From Chrysomallon squamiferum (lineage: Eukaryota > Animalia > Mollusca): 64,000 nucleotides of DNA. The stretch lies in assembly GCA_012295275.1 (NCBI GenBank), contig CM022672.1:4216001-4280000 (forward strand). The letters run 5' to 3'. Positions 41,108-55,741 of the stretch are shown in pieces (the first letter of the stretch is position 1; the number at the start of each line of letters is the position of its first letter). Under the pieces are notes generated by a model. That model ran no database searches, had not been told where the DNA came from, and worked only from the letters and a program-made list of their open reading frames with translations. The position numbers and the translations under genes are program-made.

Positions 41108-44100
41108 TTTATCTTTTTTGGCAGCTCAATGGATTCTTAAATCTTTAAGCATACGCTCTTGAATTCGTCACTGCGCTATAAGAATTCGCCACGGTGTTCT
41201 ATTTAAATTGTAATACGGAAGATTACAGCACAATTATTTTATCTTTTAACTTCTCAACATTATCTCACAACATATTTAATTTTCCTCTCCAAAAAAAAAA
41301 AAAAAAAAAAGATTAGATAACAATGTTAGAAATGTAAAGAAAACGTTACTGCTCTTACAGTTTGAAGTGTGTTTCCTGAATCTGAGCATTATATTAAAAG
41401 AAAATTAATAAGTTTCTTATTTATGCAAATGTTATCTTTTCCGTAATCATTATTCGTCAATGTTAATAGTGTGTAGAGAGAGAGAGCTGTGATTTTGAGA
41501 GGAGAGCGTTACTTGAGACATTCATACGAGTTTGCAGAATAAAATATCTTCTTGCGTGCTACGTGGCTTCCTGACAACGAAGAAATATAGATTCTTTACA
41601 AATCCTCGAAAAGCAAGACGATTTTTTTTTTTTTTTACCCCTGATCAGAATTGTTATATGATGTACAACAATAGCTGATGGGGGAAATACATTAATGTAC
41701 AGATGATTTTTTTTTTTTTTTTTTTTTTTTGAATTACAAATTTAATGTAATGAATTTATTATTTCAGTTTAGTGTAAAAAGACAGAACAAAACTAAGTTG
41801 ATCACGAAAGATTTTTTTTTTATCTTTAATAAATTTTCGATATTTGTTAAGAAAGGTCTGTTCAGTGTCTTCAATTCTTAAATAATTTTCTTCTTTCTGT
41901 TCTGGCTGAAATTTTTTTATTTATTTATTTTATTATTATTTTTATTTATTTATTTATTTATTTTTTCTATGTGTGTGCGTGTTTATATTTTTCTTTTCAT
42001 GCTCATTTTGGCTTAACAGGTAAATGTCTACTTAACGTTTTGACCGAAAAGAAAATTCTCCAAAATATTCGATTTCTTTTTTATTACCTTCCGTTGACCA
42101 TTGTTAATTAAACTTAATACTCTATCAACAATGCATCGATTAAAACGTAGCCCAAGGAAGTTAGTAGCCTTCTTTCTTTCAAAAAATACTTTCCCAGGCC
42201 GGTTTAAATTTCGATCACTTCGTTGGATGAGCTAAACCACGGACTGTTTTATCATCAGTCAACTGTACATGTGGCTGATGGCCTCCACTCATTAAATTCG
42301 TCCGGAAAACAGACCCATCCTGTTCAGTAACGAGCTGGGATGGACGTTTGTTTTTCACGTGTTCGCAGGCTGCACTAATCAAAGCAAGCGTGGCCAGTGA
42401 TCCGGCGTTTACGGCCAGCCGGTTCAAAGGATAAGCTCGGTGCTCAAAGATGGAAGAGGTGGAGAGTTTTGGATTTATTCTTAATCCAAGAAACCAGTAA
42501 TGAGAGGAAATGAGGTAAATGGTTGGAGTGATTTAAAAAAAAAATAAAAAATAAAAAAAAAGGAAAAGGAAAAAAAGAAGAAGAAGAAGAAAAAGAAGAA
42601 TAACAAGAAGAAGAAAAAATCTTGTACGTTTTGTTGCTAACATGTGGTATGAAGATCACAGACGTATGTTTCGATGTATAAACGTCCAGAAATTCAGAAT
42701 ACAATTAGTTCCACGAAGCTAAAACTGGAGCGCGTTGAGTATGTGTCTGCCCATGAAAACACCTGCCCGTGCACGGTCTTAATAAATTATTATCTTGAAA
42801 CGTCTGCAGAATGGAAGCTTAGTAACTTAAACAGAATTTTAAATATTTTTTTTTATTATTATTATTATTTTAGGTATATATAAAACTGCATTTTTTTGCA
42901 CTCTTTTGGATAGTATAAATTTTGACTGTTCAGAACTATATTATTTATATTCTACAGTACTGTACAATATTTATTTTATTATTGCTACTGTACGCAATTA
43001 TATTATTTGCCTTGTACTACTGAATGCACAGTTTTTTTTGTGCACAGCATAGCACTGTTGAATAATATATGAACTGTATTAAACTTTACTCAAAATATAT
43101 CTGGTAATTATCTCAAAATCATAATTTAATCATCTTAAACGAATACTCAAGTACAACTTAGATCATTGTGCATTATTACTGTGAACTGTGCCATGATCAT
43201 TAGAAAATAGGATAAAATATGACAAATTCATAAAGACTGTTCTTAGCCATTTTACTTCTAATAATAGTAATTAATTCGTTCCTTAGTGAAAATAATTATA
43301 ATTAATATAAAAATAAAAAAAAAATAAAAGAAGAAAAAAATACCTATACATTTATCATATTTTTTTTTTATTTATGATAATTTGTTTTTAATTTAATTTA
43401 ATTTAATACATACGTATAAAGTTAAATCTAGGTACAAAATCATCAAAAATAATTATTAAACCATCGATTTGAAAAAATGAGCATTAAAATGTAATCATGT
43501 GTTATATAAATGGAGGAATTCAGTAGTAAAATGACAGTAAATAATCGTAACCCAGAAAGATATGCTACTAGACTACAACGTAAACTGGCAAAAGGTAAAT
43601 GTTTTTTTTTTTTTTTTTTCGACAAGTGGTTTATTTGATGTATGATTGGTAGAAAAGTGCTTTCCTCATCTTATTGATATTTCTTCCGTTTCTGCTGGCA
43701 GACGTTCAACAACTTCTGTCAGCTGTTAAGACGAATGGTTTTGCCAAATTTAAGTTCAGTGAAAGTCGTTTTGTCTCAATTAAATACCAGTTAATACTAT
43801 GATCAAAACGTTCCGAAGTGTTCTTCTGATTAAAAACCCACTTTAGATGACCGATACGAGTAAACAGAAAGTCTGATTTGGTTTCGTAATGAACGTCCTC
43901 AGTTTTCTTTTTTTTTTTTTTTTTTTTTTTCGGTCTGTGAATTTCGCGCCACATGCTACTAGTAACTTTTTTTCTTTTACTGATCATTACTTTTGTTACG
44001 TAGGCGTTCTTTTTGTTTATTGGCTTTTTTTCTTTCATTTTTTTTTTTTTTTTTTTTTTCAACCCATAATTAACCCATCCCATTTCCCTCTCCCTAAAAC

Positions 44101-44491
44101 TATCTAATTACCAGTGAAAATACTGCTAATATTGAAAACAACTAAACGTTTTCGCAAACTTTAAAATATATTTCCACATTATATAATTTCTTACGTTTGG
44201 ATTTTTGCTGAATACATTAAAAAAATACACCTGTATTATTTTCCGTTTCGTGTTTGCTCTGTAATTTAGTACTCCGTTAGTCTGTTTATCTGTCAGTGCC
44301 TGCATTAGACTGGAGAGATGCTGTCCGTGTCGTTACAAACCGGATGTCAATGATACAGATTTACGAGCACTTTGTGACGCATGCGACTAAGGTAGAGTTT
44401 GCAGGAGTGAATAAAATTAATGGATAAAGTCTCTACGTAATTTATATTTAACTTGTTATCAAACTCCGTGATACATAAAAACGATAATAAC

Positions 44492-44525
<34 letters not shown>

Positions 44526-44570
44526 TAACCATTAATGTAATAATTCGTCTCTAATAAACAAGCTCTTTCT

Positions 44571-44613
<43 letters not shown>

Positions 44614-45402
44614 AAACAAATTGAAGACTTATACCGATAAATTAGTTTTATTTAAAATAATCTTTCACGCTATTTAACCTTAAATTAAACAGGAATAAAA
44701 TTAATGAAGTGTCGTAAAACGAAATGCTCCTTTCCAATTTTTTTTTTTTTTTTTTTTTTTCTCCGTACCGCGATGACCTAGATTTTAAAATTTGTTCCAC
44801 ATCCGGTTATTGGCCGAATGAAGACATCGAACATGTAGTTGCAGTTTGACCTTTACCTTCAAAGAAGAAACTACTCCAAGCTCCCACTGGGACGATTCTT
44901 TTTTCAGTCCAGTTCACGTGCAATGGGGTGTTGCTGATGACGATACCGCAGCCCAGCTGCAGACGAACACTGGGAAATTTCCCGCGTTTCCAATCAACGT
45001 AAAAAATCTGCAACATAGATCGAAACTGCGAGCACCCGACCAAGTACATAAGAAAAACAAGAAAATATTAGTTTGTCGCGAGGAAGATTGTATCTGGAGG
45101 CTGTTTCCGTGAAAGTGCATTTGATATATCTCTAAAGAACATCTCTTTTTTCATCTCTCATCAAAGTCGACCGCGTGTGTAATTGTCTTAGTTTGCGTAC
45201 ACTTCGCGAAAATCGTTTATTCTGTCAGTGACCCATTTGTATGTTAGGATATTATAGAATTTTTTGTTAACAAGAAAAATAAACGATATGTATCTCTCTA
45301 TCTCAACATCCCTGTGTGTAGATGAGTATAATTATACGAGCAAATAAAACATTTTTCATTCTTCCTATCACACACATATACATACACACATGTATGCACG
45401 TG

Positions 45403-45482
<80 letters not shown>

Positions 45483-46499
45483 TGCGCAATGTGTTTGCTA
45501 AAACTGGAAAAACATATGCGACTTTATGCATCAGCTACTTGCTAAATGAAATGAAAATTAAAAGGCAACTAGTCCATGTTTTATTTATTTATTTTAAAAA
45601 CTCAAAATTCAAAGCTCCATAAATTTCAGTAAAACATCTGGATGAAATTAAACATTAAATGAAATTATCAAACAGAAGTAATAACTGGTTCATTCTCTTC
45701 TGCCAGAAAATTTAAATTTAAATTAGATTCTGAACTTCAAATTTGGACTCATCAGCAAATTAGATACACAGATCTCAAGCTACAAACAAACACACACACA
45801 AACATATCTATACATACATATGTAGGCTTACAACGTACGTACACAAACATATATACTGTATGTCGCAAAGATAAGAAGATAGTATTGAAATGGTATGATT
45901 CATAATTTTTATTTATTTATTTATTTATTATATTTCCAGCATTTGTTTGTTTGTTTTTTAATGTTGTTCCCCACCCCCCACCCCTAAAAAACCCTGAAAG
46001 TTGATTGCTAACAGACATGGGACGAACGATCATTTATCAAAGTTAGCACGCGACCTTTGAACTTTCCTTCCAGTGTTATTCGTTTTCGTCGTATGAGAAG
46101 TTTTCTCTCATCATCATTAAAAAATGGTCTGTCCCCTTGGTAGGGCGAAAAGATTATACTTGTCTGGTGCCAAAAACGAAAACTGTCTGAGTGTAAATAT
46201 CGATGTTTGGACAGTAGTTTGTGGCCAGATAGCCTTTGACCCTTCGTCGGAGGTTTGATGTGACCCCAGTTGGTGTTTTCGTGTCACATGTGTTGCAGGT
46301 TAAACAGCTCAGCATAAGAAAATCATTAATTATAGAGAAATGTCCTAGGTAACAACATTCTTTTCTTTCTTTTTTCTTTCACTTTTTTTTTTTTCCCCTT
46401 AATCCCAGCTCCATGGAGATATTTCGAGCCTTCCGAATGGTTTTCAAATATTGACTTGATAGCACTACTAATTGTTTATTCAGCATTTTTCTTTTATTT

Positions 46500-46532
<33 letters not shown>

Positions 46533-47505
46533 CATCGCATTAGGTAAATATGCCATATGATTTATGATTTTAAATTTCGTTTTGTGTTATTTTACTCATT
46601 TTAGGATATAAAATTAAAGATACGATCAAAAAAAAAAAAAAAAAAAAAAAAAAAGTCAAATGTCTATTAAAAAATAATAATAATAATAATAATAATAATA
46701 TAATCTTGATATTTAAAAATAATAAATATATATAAATAAATAAATAAATAAACAGAGTTGATCCTCTTGCTTTATTTTAACATCCATGAAAAAGCTCATA
46801 GATTTTTTTTTTTTTTTTTTTTAGAGTAATGCTTCAGCTGATTTTGGGACACTATGGTATGTTCATTACAGAATAACAATAAAATAAATAAATGCTTACT
46901 GTTTTCAAAACACTGTAACGAAAAGTTAAGGACGGAGAACAGAAAAGGTTTATTGACGATGTGCGAGAAAAACGTGATAATTATGAAAGTTAGTCGACTA
47001 GACGGCGTTTCTTATCACGTGTTTGTCACGGGGGTGTGTGGTCTATCGCGTATGACTGGCTCTGTTTGATTTATTCTTTCCAAATCTCTGTTCCAGACTC
47101 GTCTTTTGAGCACATGTTCTTTTAAAAAAAAAAAGTATTGTAAGGGGGAGAAAAAAAGTAATAAATAAAATAAATAAATAAATAAATAATAATAATATAA
47201 TCAGTCAATCAATAATTTATATATATATGCGAGAAATAAATGAGTCAAATGAGAGAATTTTATTTTAAAGTTTATTTTGATGGGGTTTCTTGATTTTTTT
47301 ATTTTTTATTTTTTTTTTATTTTTTTTTATGTATGTATATAACGTAGAATTATATATATTCCAATAATATAAAGTCCTAGGCCTATTTCGTTAAACATAC
47401 AACATTTAAAATAATAAAAAAATATATTTAGATATGTATTTATTTTAGTTACTTATATAATAAATTTTAGCATTAATTTTTATACATCGCATTTAAATTA
47501 TTATT

Positions 47506-47538
<33 letters not shown>

Positions 47539-48411
47539 ATTATTATTATTATTATACGTACATCTAACCAGTTCTGTTCTGGTTCATTTCTTCGCGTCTT
47601 CCCACACTTTTAGTAATAATAATTTCTTTCTGCACCCAGTTTTTCTCTGCTCGAACGTAACGCTATAGTATTCTCCCAGCATCCTCAATTTCCCTGCAGA
47701 CGACTTCCGCCATTTAAAGAGAGTTTTGTGTGTTCAGTGTCTGTGCACACTTACGACATTGTAACGACATGAACAGACGTCTGACCACCGCTGACCGCAA
47801 CCATTACGACGACGGTGACAGAAGCAGTTGGCGCTTTTTCACTTCAGTTGTTAATTTGTTCTAGCCCGGAATTCCGTTCCGTCACTTTTCATCGACGTCA
47901 TCACCGGATGAATGAAAAACATTATGGGATGTCAGTCATCGCTGAAGAGAAAGTGCGCGTGCACTGAACATATTCAAAATGCCATGTTTAATAAATAGTG
48001 TATTCTGTCATTGTCAGTAATGATTACTATTTATTGAAAAGGATTGGCCCTGTTTGTTTTTTAAAAAACTTTTTTTTCTAATTTTCTTCTTTCTAAGTAG
48101 ATTTTGTAATTCTTGCTAATTATTAGGTTTATTGTTTTATGATATAGGCTAGTTTTTTGGTAAATAATAAAGAACGTGAACCCGTGCATATTTTAGTTTG
48201 AGGTATATGTCGTCCATTACAGATATTTTTTATATCGAATATAATTGATCTAATCTAATCTTTTCACTGGAACTGACTATTACGACTAACTGTTCCGTAA
48301 TATCAGTTCAGGATTTTCTCTCTGCCTCCATTACTTCTCTCTCTTACTATCACTATCACTATCTCTTTCTTTGTCTCTCAAATAAAATAAAAATTAAATT
48401 AAATTAAGAAG

Positions 48412-48446
<35 letters not shown>

Positions 48447-48873
48447 AAAAAGAAATGAGAACTCTGGTGCACGTTTTCTTTTTGTTTTTGTGACTCATTT
48501 TTCAACCCACTAAAAATATTAAAACATTGACCAAGCTCGTCTGTGTGTTTATCTGGGTTAAGAACTCATAAGTGAGGTTAAATCTAGCTGAACCCACGAG
48601 CGACGGATGATGGCTAGTTAACGTGATTGGGTGTATGAAAGTCTTTTGACTAACACCGATGAACGGCATGCATGTGTTAGAAAACAGATTCCCGAAAGAC
48701 GATACATCGAGTAACGGTGTTAATACTTTTACGAACACTCGCCAATAATTATATCTTTTCAACAGAAAAAAAAACAACAAACAAACAACAAAAAAAAAAA
48801 AACAACAACAAAACAACAACTAAAAACAAACAACAACAAAATTATTCTTCCTTCTTGCAGCTTTTTAAAATTA

Positions 48874-48911
<38 letters not shown>

Positions 48912-49649
48912 CATTTCTTTTTCATGTATATATTATGTTACAAATAATATATATAATATATATTATTTGTAACATACTTACGATGCCGCTCTTTGTACTA
49001 TTCTAATAATAGTAATTCAAATGACTACAGATTTCAAAAAAAAAAAAAAAAAAACGCACACTGATACACAAACATTTTAATGTTAAAACGTTTATTTCTG
49101 CTGACAGTCAAGATTACTTAATAAAACAATTTCAAACGTACCAAAACATGGATCCGCCGTTCTCTTCATCATCATTACCTGAATTTCATAAATAATAAAG
49201 CATGAAAGAAAAAACATTTATGGACGAAGGGTCGCTACTCACTGGTTTCATTTGTAATTATATATAAAAGTTCGCAATGAAAATATCCGAATAGGTAAAT
49301 TTAAAAATAAATAAATAAAAAATATTTTTTTTAAAATATATAAAATTATTAATATAAAATTAAAAAAATGTTTGGACTGTTTTTGAATTTTAAAACGAAA
49401 ATAAAATTATGTACAGTTTTTAATTATTTTAGGATCGCGTACGTTGATAAAATAATATAACAGAGTGCACATGCGCTCACACAAACGTGCACTCACCCAC
49501 ACACACCATCCATAAACCATCTTTCTATAAGTTTATCGCCGCACCCTCTTCAGAAAGCGACAGAGGGTCGAGATAACATTCCTTATTGCTCATCATGAAC
49601 AAAAATTAGTAATAGTGTATATAAGAGGTCATTTTCTATTTCTCAAACT

Positions 49650-49738
<89 letters not shown>

Positions 49739-50308
49739 ACCGGTTTATGAAAAAAAAAAAACCTATTTATATAACCATGCTTGACCCCATTTTTTATTCT
49801 GATATCGAATCCAGGGATGATTTGATCACTTTGTAAAAAAATATGGTTTTTTTTTATTAAATCCTCGACCAGCCCCTCGAGGTTAAATCCTCGAGATGGT
49901 CCTCCTCGTATGCACCTGCAGGTCTAACTGTCAGACTACGTCTACTGGTGCCGTGCTGGAATCTTAAACACTCCCAGTTTGGAATTCCAGCTTTACGAGC
50001 CAGTGGATTGGCCTAATGCCCTCTTTACCATTCCCCGTGCTGCTAAACTGGAAAAGATGTGTCTAATTAATTTTTTTTTTAATGTGATTTCGCATACCTA
50101 GCCACTCGTTATGAATTGCAAACGACGTGTTTAATTACGCTTTTATTATTTGCGGAAAGCGAAAGGTACGGCTGCGGCTAATGCAACGTGAATGACGTCG
50201 ACTGACTGACTGGGTGGCGAATGTGACTCGACGGCACGTGCAAATCACGGTGGCTCAGATCAGAATGCTTGGAAAAATAGTCCGTGATGAACTGGTGATG
50301 CTTCAAGT

Positions 50309-50484
50309 CAGGCATGGGCAACCTTTTTCGAGAAGCAGGCCACATGGATCATGCCTCATCTTCAGCGGGCCACATAAGACATGGCCCATCTTCAGGCGGG
50401 CTGCAGATACTAATTTACAGTCTAAATGGAACAATTAGGCGGGCCACTCAGAAAGCCGCGCGGGCCGCAGTTTGCAAATGACTT
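50309..50484. mobile_element. Non-autonomous hAT (Charlie-like) MITE, decayed
   Basis: Left end CAGGCATGGGCAAC and degenerate right end GTTTGCAAATGACTT. Repeated subterminal GCGGGCC motifs. Flanked by an 8-bp imperfect TSD, cttcaagt (50301-50308) / ctttaaat (50485-50492), 6/8 identical. Confidence 0.72.
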
Positions 50485-51102
50485 CTTTAAATCATAATGC
50501 TTTTAACACACGATGCGTTAATAATATGATGGTGTTTTAAATCAGAATGCACAGAAATGTAGTGTTTACAAATATGGCTTTTTAAAAGGATGATGGGGCG
50601 CAGTGAAAAGAATTGATCTCCGGGGTCTAACCCCTCTCAGGCGAGTGTTTTATTTTTTTTTAACCGAGGTGCTTCAGCTAGCACCTGAATGTTTCCAGCA
50701 ACTTTTCAAATGATCCTAGAGGAATGATGTATTAATCTGTGTCATGATGTCACGCAGTTCCGTCATTTCGTATCTTCATTAGAACACTGACACTCTGACC
50801 ACTGAACTAATGGGCGGCGAATGCAGAGCAATGAGAGAGTGTGTGATTTATTTCAGGATTCTTCCCCAAACTGCCGTGTGTCTGATAACAGCGTGGTAAC
50901 TCAGCGCGCAGATAGGTTCTCATTGTTGTTCCAAGTCGTGTTGTGTGCTTTAAACAAGATAAGAGCAAAACGTGACAACGGTACAAAGAAAATATTACCT
51001 CCAGTCTTTTATCTCTTTCTCCCTTTGTCTGCCGGTTCTTCTCCAACACCGTTTTGTGTGTGTCTTTGTAGATGATCTTTGGTTCATTACTTTTTTTTCC
51101 AT

Positions 51103-51163
<61 letters not shown>

Positions 51164-52174
51164 TTATTATTATGTTTAGTTTGTGTGTGTGTGTGTTTGT
51201 GTGTTCCACTTACTCCTTATTTTTTTTCTGTTTTTTTTTCTGTTTTTAAGATAGAGATTGTAGCATTATAAGGAAAATCCTTTATCTATTTGTCTCAGCA
51301 ATTTGTCTTCTTCTTTTCTTTGTTTTGCTTTTTGATTCTTGCACTTTACTCTCATTTCGGAGGGTTGGGGTTGGAAGTGTCTGTATGTTTTATTTCTTTA
51401 TCATTTTTGTTTTCGTTTTCTTTACATTATTTTTTTTTTCTTCTTTTTCTTTTTTTCTTCTCGTTTTGCTTTTCTTTTTATCTTTTGATTTTTTTTTTTT
51501 TTTCCCCTTTCTTTCTTTTAATTCTGCGATGCCAGAGTTTTGCAGGCGAATTTCAAGACTGTGTACTTGTTTAATTTGTTTAACGTCTGGCAAAGTTGTA
51601 AATCAGCAGACTGAGATTGTTAAAAGGGCTGCACACACTGACTGGGACACTCTCGTCAACTCCGCTCACTATCCACTTGTTCCTGAGTACGAGTTTTTTT
51701 GCCATCGTCTACGAGCTTTACAGATTTCTGACTTTTTTTTTTTTTTTTTTTTTTTTTGATTTTTGAAAGAAAATAATGTAAAAAAATTTTTTTTAAAAAC
51801 ACAACAAAAACTTCTTTAAAAAGTTGTGTTTTTTTTTTTTTTTGGTTTTCTTTTCTAATTTAAAAAAAAAAAAAATGAAAAAATGAAAAAAAAAGCCAGA
51901 CGACAATTATTCATATTCATTCATCGTATAAACATGTCTGGGTCAAAATAAATATTTTTTACATAAACAATGTTTTTCTCTGCTGTTGTTCTAGTTTTAT
52001 GAGTTTTTCAGATGCTATTCTCTGGAAGCTTTATGTTATTTGCTCGGTGGGTGTTTGAAAGTGTCTGTCATATAAGAAAGTATTCATGTACCTAGGTACG
52101 TGCATATATAAACATGTATAGATATATATGCAGCCATGCATACCTACCTACCTACCTACATATATATACATACC

Positions 52175-52232
<58 letters not shown>

Positions 52233-52234
52233 CA

Positions 52235-52284
<50 letters not shown>

Positions 52285-52441
52285 CACGGATATACATACA
52301 CACAACACACACACACACAAACATATTCACATTCTGTACAATAATTGTTTTATTAATGTTAACAAAAACAATTATGCCATGGATAAGATTGCTCATGTTT
52401 TCCTTTTTTTTCTTTTTTAGTTATAGATATGTATGTGCCTA

Positions 52442-52489
<48 letters not shown>

Positions 52490-52681
52490 AGCGTGTGTGT
52501 GTGATTAAAATTGATTGCCTCTCTTTTGCCTACACATATACATATAAAACTCGGAGAAAGGGGAATGCAGTGATCCGACTCGTGATTCCAAACATAAACT
52601 TAATTATTTGTAGAATAAACAGTTTATACTTCTCAACGCAGGATGTTTGTGTTCCATACGGAGGGCCGCGTGCTCAACTTG

Positions 52682-52700
52682 TGCTGCCACCTGCTGGCTA
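52682..52700 (-). promoter_or_regulatory. Candidate CTCF binding site
   Basis: The minus strand reads TAGCCAGCAGGTGGCAGCA, a full match to the CTCF core CCASYAGRKGGCRSY. Confidence 0.6.
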
Positions 52701-53899
52701 ATTTACAGCAAAATCAAACTACATCTCAACAAAATTCTTAGTGAATCAAGAGATTTTAAATTTAAAATTATAAATAAATAATTCTTGCTTTTTATTTTGT
52801 GGAGTTTTTCCTCTTTTTTTTTTCTCTTTTTTTTAACTCTTCTTTATTTTTTTTTAAGATTTTGTATTATATAAAATTATCACTTTAAACAATAAAGATT
52901 AATGTTTATGAAATGGATTCAGCTGTATTTCAGTTTTCCTTGCATCTGTCATTGTATCTGCGTGCAGCTTCCGTTCTTTCTATCCTTCTTTCTGTCAGTC
53001 CATCCATGAATCTGTATATCCATAAAAAGGAAGAAGTTGTAATCATTCTCTCTTTTTTTCACTTTCTCTCTCTTTTAACACTTTCAGACTATATTCGTGT
53101 GTATATGTGGGCATGTGTCTATGTGTATATGTGTGTGTATGTATCTGTGCATGTATGTATATATGTATGTATGTATGTATGTATCTAAGCTAGCATGCGT
53201 GCAAGCAATCATGTTTCCATATATTAAATGTGTATGTGTGTGTTCGTAAGTATTTATGCATATATGTATCTCAATGTCAGTTTATCTATCTTTATAAATG
53301 AGAACCATATATGCCATATCGAAAAATGTAAACACAAAAACTAATAAATAAATTGATAAATAAATAACATAGCCCAGGAAAACGATAATTACTTGCAGCC
53401 TGTCGCCTGCCAGGAAGCGAACCCAATTCCTCAGCGTGAAGGAGGGTTGTGTACACACGAGTTAGGAAACCCTCTGATTTTAATCGCTGATTACGAAACC
53501 AACATGGCTCAGAGCCGTTTGGGGATATCCTCAATTATAAATATCTCAAGGAAAGGAAACCGCGGAAAAAATAAAGTCCCATATCTTTTTAATCTCTCGT
53601 TGCAGCTACAAATAACAGGTGTATTCCGTAGCAGTGTCTTTTATACAAACACGGAGATCACTCAAACACGCGTCCTGGAGAAAAGTAAACACTGCTTTGA
53701 TAGCGTGCGCCGTATGGATGCACGTTTTTTTTACTTCTTTCGTCTTCCTTCTTTTTTCATAATTTTCTTCTTTTTTTTTTCTTTTTTTTACAGAAAAAAC
53801 ATATAGCAGCCTGTTATTTTTTTTTCTTCTGTTAAGCTACTCTCTCTCTTACTTTCTCGCTCTTTCTCTCTTTCTCTATCTCCCTTACTCTCTCGTCCT

Positions 53900-53981
<82 letters not shown>

Positions 53982-54227
53982 CCATTTTCTTTTTTTGAAT
54001 TGCTATATCCCATTCTGACTAATAATTGTGTCTTTCAGTTTCCTAATTTTACGTATCTCTATTTTTCTCGCTCTCTCTCTTTTTTCTCTTCTTTTTACAC
54101 TATTACTACTAGTAATATTGCTGCTGCTACTACTACTACTATCACTACTACTACTACTACTATTACCACTACTAATGCTGATACTATTACAAGTACTACT
54201 ACTGCTGCTGCTGCTATTTATAAATAA

Positions 54228-54262
<35 letters not shown>

Positions 54263-54272
54263 ATATAAATAA

Positions 54273-54307
<35 letters not shown>

Positions 54308-54631
54308 AAAACAAAACAAAAAAAAAAATAAACAAAACAAACAATAAAATAAAAAAAGAGGACAAAAAAAAAAAAAAAAAAAAAAAAAAGAGAGAAATAA
54401 AATCCCAGGTGTCATGACATTTAGTCTTGTGTTACCCGGCTGATACCTAACTTTGTTTATCAGTGACACCAGACACGCACACTGACCCGGGGTATTCACT
54501 GAAGTGCTGCTTAATGCGCTCGAGCCCCGTACTGCAGATTACACCCAGTGTCCGCTCGTCCTCACTCACATACATTCGTGTGTGCCAGTTCTCTTTTCAG
54601 TGCTATCGGTTTCTAGGCCATATCTAAGATT

Positions 54632-54677
<46 letters not shown>

Positions 54678-54881
54678 TTGGTGTTACTTGAACTGATGTT
54701 ACGTAATAATTTAAAAAGGAAAAAGTTTGTGAACAAATGCATGACTTTGTTTGTTTGTTTTTTTCTTTCCTTCTTTTTTTTCTTCTTTCCTTCTTTTTTT
54801 CTTCTTTCTTTTACTTTTTATATATAATCAAGGAATGAAAAAGCTTGTATATTTCTATAAAACAACAACAACAACAATTGA

Positions 54882-54916
<35 letters not shown>

Positions 54917-55636
54917 GGGGGGAAGGCAGGGAGGGAGGGGGAGAAAGAACTAGAAAGGCCGAATACAATCCGACAGACACAAAAATATCAGTTTACGATA
55001 TCTCTTTTCAAAGACTATTTGTTTAGAAATTACTACTACTACGGTATTTTATTCACGATATATTATTACTTACGTGTTATATCTACAGTTTTGCACAGCA
55101 ATATTCTAACTTAAACTTTATTTTAATAAACTTGTTATTACAACGGCCACATCTTAGTGTATGTACCACAAGCATGGTGCTTATAATTATATTAATTCAT
55201 TGTTTCTACAAATAAGTGTTCAAAGCTGTCATCTTCATTATCCTACTGTTTACACCACTCTGATTCATAATTTACAAACAAATACACTGGAGGCGGAAAC
55301 GCTGATGATGATAATCAGGTTGTAACGTCAGTGATGTTGCTGGAAGTAACGACGTTATTATTATATGGCTGGAAGTACTGATGCAGATATCGGACGCTTT
55401 ACGTTGACGAACACGACATAGATGACGTTGAAGGTGGCAATTATGAAATGTATGCTATAATCAAGAACATGCTAGCTTAATTTTAGAAGAATAGGATAAC
55501 ACACTACCATTTATTAACTATGAATGTATAGTTCTTGGTGTTAATGCAACCCTAAAGATGTGATTGATGCTGAATACGTCAGTCAAAACGATTATGGAGA
55601 AAATGATGAAGACAAGCATTCTCATGAAGAAACATT

Positions 55637-55741
<105 letters not shown>

